Source: Azolla caroliniana (lineage: Eukaryota; Plantae; Polypodiophyta). Taken from it: a stretch of DNA of 64,000 bases. Position numbers and translations under genes: made by a program. Each line of letters opens with the position of its first letter. Position 1 is the first letter of the stretch. Location: the NCBI GenBank assembly GCA_043228905.1, contig JBHGNT010000013.1, positions 13,950,001 through 14,014,000 of the forward strand, read 5' to 3'. The notes below the pieces were generated by a model. That model was not told where the DNA came from, ran no database searches, and saw nothing but the letters and a program-made list of their open reading frames with translations. Shown piece after piece: positions 56,443 through 64,000 of the stretch.

Positions 56443-59400
56443 TGTCAGGAATAGTACTAAACAGAGAGAGAATTAGTACTAGAGAAGAGAAGTACTATTA
56501 GTACTAAGAGGATGGGACTGTGTAAGATTCCCGAGAGAGGAAGAGAGAAGAGGAGAGAGAGAGAGATTGCGAGAATGAGAGAGAGAGAAAGATGATGACA
56601 TTAGCTAATATATTATGTGAAAGATAAGTACAAAGTGGCTAAGAGGCTTAAGATTGGCGTTGAACCAATTTGGTTCAAAACAATGCCTTGTGCCTCCTTT
56701 TATAGTGTCTTTAGGAATAATCCTGAAGCTTCTAGAATGTTTTAGAGAGATCTGGAATATACATCAATTTTCTATGATAAAGCATAAATGAAAATAATAT
56801 CCTACAAATTACAATTCATAGTTTAATGGTAAGAGCTCGACCCATGTAGCATAAGGTCATGGGTTCGAGTCTTGCCATATCATGACACTATCTTCCCCTT
56901 AAAAATGACGAGTGGAATGAGTCAACGCTTATTGCGGTGGAAATCAGCAAGAAGATCTTGAGCATTGGCAACATGCTCGACGGGTTCCCAAGTACGTTCG
57001 CTCGGACTATAACCGAGCCAATCGACCAAATAATAAAGTTTGGAATCGAGGATGGTAGCAACTTGAACTTCATACTCCGGGCCAACGTCCAACTCTAGCA
57101 GGGGCGGCGGTGGTGTAACACGATCGGGAATGGTGTTTGCTTTATAAGGTTCAAGAAGAGAACAATGGAAAACCGGATGTATCTGAAGTTACGGAGGGAG
57201 ATCAAGGCGAACTGTGACATCATTAACCTTACCCGTAATATGGAAAGGATCGAGTCGTCGATAATCCAACTTGTCGCACGGTCGAGTAGTCTTGATGTGA
57301 CGACGTAAGAGCCATACTTGACCTCCGATGGCAAAAGAGGAGGGAATCCGATGACGATCCGCATAAGTCTTCTGTGTGTGTTGAGCATGACGAAGGTGAG
57401 TAGAGAGATCCATCCGGATCTTGCGTAGCCTCTCCAAATGATTCTCGACACGAGGGTTGGTAGGTAGCTCTGGGGTGTCGATCACCGACCAGCGAGGATG
57501 GAAACCGGTATAAGGGAAAAATGGGGAGACCCGAGTCGACGAGTGAATAGCATTATTATACGCAAACTCCGCAAAGTGGAGAATCTCAGCCCAATCGTCT
57601 TGTTGATAACTTAGGAAACACCGAAGATATTGTTCTAGTGTTTGGTTTGTTCGTTCTGCCTGCCCATCGGTTTGGGGATGGTAGCCGGAGGAGAGGTTGC
57701 AAGAGACCTTGAGCATCTTGAAGAGATGTTGCCAAAATTTGGAGACGAATTGAGGTCCTCGGTCACTGATGATACTGTCTGGGAGGCCGTGCTGCCGAAA
57801 TACCTCATGCATGACAAGGGCGACGGTTTCCTCACTAGTGATGGCCTTAGTACATGGCACAAAATGTGCCATCTTCGTATATCGATCGACGATGGTAAAG
57901 ATAGCATCGAACCCCTTCGAGACCCGCAGATCGGTGATAAAATCAAGACAAATAGATTGCCACAGCTTACTTGGAATCGGTAAGGGTTCCAACAAGCCAT
58001 ATGGATGGTGTCGTGGCATCTTTGGTTGACAGCAAGCATCACAGGTCCGAACGTAGTCGTCGACAAAACGGCGTATGTGGGGCCACCAAAAAGATCGCTA
58101 CACTAGATCCAACGTCTTAGTACTACCGAAATGTCCCGCTGTATGGGTGTCGTGACAATTCTGGACGATTTGAAGGCGACAGGAGCAATCGGGGACATAT
58201 ACGCGCTTTTTGAAGAATAACAAACCATCATGATATTCGAATTTTCGGTAGTCAATTCCTGGTTGTTGAGACTGAGAACAGGATGCCCGAGAAGTATCAA
58301 TGTGCGCTAGGATGTCTTGAGCAAAACTATCCATCTTCAAGTTTGCACGTATATCATCGGTAATCCGTGAATCCATCGGGGTGTGAAAAATCCGCGTTGT
58401 GTGCAATCGTGTTGGTCCCAAGATTACTTGCTTTTGATTATCAAATGCTGGATCACCAGGACGAGGTGCAAGATATGAACGTCGTGATAGTGCATCTGCT
58501 TTTCCTTGCTACTTCCCCGGTCGATATGTGATTTTGAAGTCGAAACACGTGAGGAATTGAGCCCACCGAGCTTGTCGTCAATTTAGTACATGAGCGTTCT
58601 GGAAATAAGCAAGATTTTTATGATCACTAAAGACAATGACCTGATGTGGAGAGCCCTCTAAGAAATGCCGCCATTGCACAAATGAATCCATGATGGCTAA
58701 TAACTCCTTGTCATGTATTTTGTAGTTGATTTTCGCGACATCAAATTTGCGCGAATGGAAAGCCACAGGATGTAACTCTTCTTTATCTCCTTGTTGAGAA
58801 AGGATGCTACCAAGGGTGAAATCTGATGCGTCGGCCTCCAGGATGAATGGTTTGCTTGTATCCACATGAGCTAGAATCGGTGCTGATGTAAAGGCTTTCT
58901 TAAGATGCCGAAAAGCCATATCTGCTTCATTGGACCAAAGAAATGCTTGTCCCTTCTTCATAAGTTGTGTGAGAGGTAAAATAATCTTCGAGTAATCCTG
59001 TATAAACTTACGATAGAAGTTAGCAAAACCTAGAAAACATTGTACATCTCGTACCGACCGTGGAATTTGCCACTCTAGTACTGTTTGGACTCTAGCTGGA
59101 TCCATGGCGATGCCCTTTGAGGAGATGACGTAGCCTAGAAATTCCACTTGCTTGCAATCAAAGCTACATTTTTCTAGCTTGGCATAAAGACCATTCTCGC
59201 GGAGTTGCTTTAGTACTAATAGTACATGAGAATCGTGCTCTTCCTAGGTCTTCGAATAAATCAATAGATCATCTAGATAGATGATCAAACAGATATCCAA
59301 GAGGTCTCTGAATATATCATTTGCCATGTGTTGGAAGACTGCGGGTGCATTGGTTAGGCCGAACGGCATAACAATATACCCGAAATGCCCATATCGCGTG

Positions 59401-62222
59401 CGAAAGGCGGTCTTCCATTCATCTCCTGGTCGGATCCGCACGAGGTTATACCCTCCTCGTAGATTGATTTTGGTAAAAAACTTGGCACCATTAACTTGCT
59501 CTAAAAGACTTGATATAAGAGGAAGTGCATACCTATTCCGGATGGTGATCTTATTCAATCCGTGGTAATCAATGACGAGTTGAAGTGAGCCATCTTTCTT
59601 CTTGACAAAGAAGATGGGTGCACCGGCCGGAGATTTCGAATGATGGATGAACCTGCTTGCCAAGTTCTCCTCTATGTAGGCTCGAAGGACTTCTAACTCG
59701 GTGGGTGACAAGTTGTAAATTGGTCCCCATGGTGGCTCGGTTCCTGGTTGTAAATCGATGGGACAGTCATAGGGACGGTGATGAGGAAGGGTACCGGCTT
59801 TTACCTTGTCAAATACATCGGCATGAGGATGATATTTTGCCGGAAGTTGTACTGAGGATTCCTTCTTAATAGTGCTGGAAGGATGTACTGATATTGCAAA
59901 TAGGAACATTGCCACCTTGTGTCCTTCTTCGCGTAATTGATGGAGTGAAATGGTCGAAACTCGGTGAGTAGATTCTTGGGGTTGTCGATATCGGACTTCT
60001 TTTGTTCTCCAATCTATGGCTGGATTATGTAATTCAAACCAAGGTAATCCTTGGACAATGGGATGTTCTGGACTACTAATTATATTAAATGATACTACAC
60101 ACACAAAACTACCTAGGGCAACTTGAATGGGTTCTGATTCTTCTACAATATTCCCGGTAGCAATGGGACGACCATCAATGATTACTACAGATGCGGGACA
60201 AAGAATTTTTCTTAAGGATATTTGAGAAGCTTGGGCAAAATTTCGATCCATGAAACAGGAATTAGCTCTGGAATCTAAAAGTGCTAGGACGGGTACTGGG
60301 GGAGTACTTTTAGTACTAACAATGACTTGGGCTAGGAACACATTGCTAACTTGCTTGGAAGGAATGGAACCACTAATGGGCTGTACAGATCTAGGGCTGC
60401 TGTCCAACCAAACGACTCCTATTTCGGCTGGACTCAATCGTTTAACTCTTCATCTAATTGACTAAGGATTTCAAATTTGTTTGAGATACTTGGGCTATTA
60501 GTACTATGAATACTATCTGACACTCTATTTGTACTATTAATACTATCAAACACTCCGAAGGGAAGAATTGACTCGGGTTTAATACAGGCGACGATTTGAT
60601 TTACTTGTCTTCTTGGCCTATGGGGACAATTGATGGCGATATGCCCTAGTTCACCGCAATAAAGACATAATCGATTGGCACATCGTCATTGCTTTTCTTC
60701 TTCTGATAACGGGCCGCGTCGACGCATGGTGTTGATCTCCATTGGTGTCGGAATATTGGCTTGAGGTACGTCGCGTGCAAATGGTTTAGCCGTGACTGAG
60801 GCGTATGTGGGTTCCGGCCGAGAGCATGGTATTTGTAACTGACGTTCCGAACGCCGTTTGAAAAGGCGGTTATCGCATCGAACCGCTCGGCTGATTGCCT
60901 CTGTAAGAGACTTTGGTTCTTCGGGGAAGGTTAAAAGCAAGTCTTTGACATCGTTGCGCAAGCCGTAGCGAAACTGCTCCATGAGGGCATGATCATCCCA
61001 GGGGATATCTGAGGCGAGTAGACGGAAATCCGCCGCGTAGGCAGAGGCTGGACGATCGCCTTGATGCAATCTTCGGATTTTGTTGATCGCCGTCCTGATG
61101 CTGTCGGTATCTCCAAAGCAGGCTTTAAACTCACTAATAAAATCTTCAAAGTTATTAAGCAAGGGCGATTGTTTTTCTAGAAGCGGAGCGAACCATGCCA
61201 AGGCTGAGCGCTAAGTAACGCGCCTATTAGGCCGACTCGAGATGCATCAGTGGGATATCGGGAAGGATGCATCTGGATGACTAAGCGTACCTGATTAAGG
61301 AATCCCCGGAATTGCGATCACGTTCCATCAAATTTCACAGGAAGTCCAATCTTGGGCTCTTTATGACATCCTTGGGGACTTGATCCTTGTTGTTGCAACG
61401 CTGCTTCGAGTTGTTATACCTGTTGTCGGGGTAGTTGTGGTTCGTGCGGCGAAGTCGCAGGGACTAAGGTTAAGGGGGAGTTGAAGGAACTTTTATAAGG
61501 CTTGCGCACAAATGTTAGGAAGATTAAGGATAAAAAGAATAAGAGTTTAAAGTAATGTGTGAGAGAGAGAGACAAGTATAGATAAAGGATAGAGACAATG
61601 TATGATTCCAGAAGCAAGATAGAGACAAAGTATGATTTAAGGAATTAAAGTATATGATATGAACATGATGTATATTACGAATACAAGATTTTACCAACTT
61701 TACAATGCTTGATAGCAAGATGGACCCTTTCTCTACCAACTCTTGATTCGAACCCTTGACTCCAACTTGGAAACACGAGCCTCTTTACCAACAAGCTAAC
61801 TTATTATTTATTTCTTTGATTATCTTATTTCTCTAACTTTCTCTTCATTGATTGATTACCCTGTTTTTTCTTTCCTTCATCCCTTAATTCCTTACCTCTC
61901 TTTATAGGTTCTCTCATGCATATGATGATATGGGGGTGCATGGCATGCATGTAATGCATGTGATGCATGTGATGCATGGTTGCCATTTGGCGCACATGCT
62001 TTACATGTGATGCATGATAGCCATCATGCTCATCTAAGCTCTAATGTATGAAGGTACACATGTCATAAGTATGGTGATAAAAGCATAACTATAGAAAATA
62101 ACTTATCCTAATGGTATATGCTTCGTCCTTGGTGTGTGAGGTTATGGGTTCAAGTCTCTCAAATGTTACTTAATACAATATTCAAGTTTACTTTTATATC
62201 GTGAAGCAAATCCTTCACGACA
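56443..62222 (-). mobile_element. Ty3/gypsy chromovirus (Tcn1-like), degenerate; 3' LTR 56443-56887, 5' LTR 61513-62222
   Basis: Gag with CLYCGELGHIAINC, protease LLDS(R)A, RT YLDD, RNase H DASD/KELLAI, integrase SDRGPQF/HPQTDGQAERTN, chromodomain EYEV...YYLVDWLGYSPSERTWEP. PPT AAGGGGAAGATAG precedes TGTCA. Several stops and frameshifts. Confidence 0.93.
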
Positions 62223-62226
62223 CCGT

Positions 62227-64000
62227 TGTCGTGCCTTTCGGCTCCAGATCGTTGCGTGAGTCGGGTGGGAACTGCTGGGGTTTTGGACTAGGAAGAGGAG
62301 AGTTTTAAGGCTAATAAGAATATAAATATGTTGTAAGAAAGAGTTATAGCAAACTCGTGAATCCCACGAGTGTATTGTATTAGATTAATCAATATGAATA
62401 TAAGAATATAAACTTCGGTTGAAAGAGAATGATATAGAATTCTCGTGAATCCCACGAGTATAGTTTATTAATTGGTGTTTTTTAGAAACATATCTAGTTT
62501 CCAAATATTTTTCACACACAATTACATTGTGCTCCCCATCCTTATGTAGTGATGAGGAAGTCTTAGTAATCCATGCTTTTTTCTCTAACTATAGACCCCA
62601 TGCTTTTCCTATAGATAGACTATATGCTTTATCTAAAGTGATCATGCTTTTTCTAACTTGTGCGTTTTTTATCATGCACGCTAGATGTGTATGTGTAGCT
62701 TTTTCTTTTGTTATGCGTTTTTCTAATGTTTATCCTAGCGTGAATTTACCTTTCTATGTGGGACATCTATGCTTTAACACTAATGAAATGCTAGTGTAAT
62801 GGTAAGACATTACATTATTAACATGGAGGTGCAAGGTTCGAATCTTGCCCTATGCATGTTTCATTTATTTTGCTATTTTCTTCTATTTCTTCATTTTTTA
62901 TTGAATCTAATACTATATACGTTTTTCACGTAGTGTACAAAATACACTACGACACTCACCCCCTCCAAACCCGCACATCCTCCGGTATGTGCCGAAGTTG
63001 TTGGTGTTTGTTAGTCTCCTCCGTCCGGTCTCTACCCGATTGGTTTCGTTGCCGGCTCGTAGTACCCTCGACTTCTCTTGTTATGTTGACTTTGTCTCTC
63101 CATTTGGAGCACATCCATTCTTTCCACCCGAACCATTGTCGACATCCGATCCACCATAGTCTTCGTTCGCTTTTTGCATGGCCCGCTTGGTCCTTGTCAT
63201 CCGCGGTAGTATCTTTTCTTGCCCTCTTTCTTTTCTTCATCAATCTCGACTTCTTTTCGGATTTTCGGTTTAGTCGGATTAGCTTACTTCCGATTCGGTC
63301 TCGTCGGATCGTCTTTCGTTTAGTTCGGCTTCCTTTCCGATTTGTATTCGGTCGATCCGGACTCGGTTGATCGGTTTTTACCGATTCAGTGCTCTTTCGG
63401 GTCGGTTTCTTTTCTTTTCTTTTCGTCCGGATTTGCTTTCTTTTCTTCGTTTTCACCTGCCTTGTCCGGTTCGACTTTCGGCACTTCTTTCCGTTGTTCG
63501 CTACGTAGGTCCTCCGATATGTGCTCGTTGTTCGGTCCTTGTGTGGTTGTAATGCATGCTTCTTTTCTCGCCGTAGCGCGTGCTTCTTTATTCGCCATAA
63601 CACGCGTTTCTTTATTCGCCGTAGAGCGTGCTCTGTATTACGCGCTTCTCCCGTCGTAGACCCGACCTCCGCATTATCGCACTTTCTTTTAGATTGGAAT
63701 TTCGGATGGATCATTTTCCATCCGAACCGACTTCCGGCTTTACCTTCCTCGCCGCCATCTCCCGTCTCTCCGGTCTCACGTTGGTTCTCGGACACAACCG
63801 CCGAAGTCTCTAGATATTGTTGGCATGAATCCTCGGTATTACCTTCTTTCGTAGTTTCACCCTTAGCATTCTTCTCGGCTATCTCTTCATCGTATTCGTC
63901 GGCTTCGACATTCGTTTTCTCTCCGCCACCTTCCGTCTCTTCGGTCTCACGTTGCCTTTCGATCGCAACCGCCGGAGTCTCTGGAATCAACGGTGGAGAA
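62227..64000 (-). mobile_element. 3' end of a second LTR element: LTR 62227-62954, PPT, low-complexity internal ORF
   Basis: TGTCGT...ACGACA termini, with PPT GGAGGGGGTGAG immediately before the LTR on the minus strand. The E/K/R/T-rich ORF 62956-63990 ends at the PPT. Confidence 0.75.

Noticed and set aside
61741-62850. Genuine tRNA genes
   Set aside because: A/B boxes are present, but I could not form complete acceptor and anticodon stems. They are treated as tRNA-derived cassettes.

Overview
AT-rich nuclear DNA from a land plant, most likely a fern (inferred from the PPR style, the Tcn1-like chromovirus and the LINE families). I assembled five host genes by hand. (1) A 4-exon group-I bZIP (VIP1/PosF21/RF2-like, minus, 656-7642). 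(2) A TFIIIC subunit 5 gene (GTF3C5/tau95-like, plus, 15008-22617) with 14 coding exons and two U12-type introns. (3) An intronless PLS-E PPR gene (minus, 24729-26651). (4) A 7-exon SC35 SR splicing factor (minus, 36768-41751) with an in-frame TGA right after the RRM. (5) An intronless EXO70 (minus, 49779-52409). The rest is decayed LINEs, MITEs, a probable solo LTR, tandem duplications, microsatellites, and a 56-64 kb LTR cluster containing a chromodomain Ty3/gypsy element with non-matching LTRs. The most notable observations are two consensus TFIIIC B-boxes in the predicted 5'-UTR intron of the TFIIIC subunit gene, an AT-AC intron with a degenerate donor and an in-frame GT-AG alternative, the SC35 premature stop, and tRNA-like A/B-box cassettes in four different LTRs. 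No database searches were run. Family assignments rest on recognised motifs, and TE boundaries are approximate unless termini are quoted.
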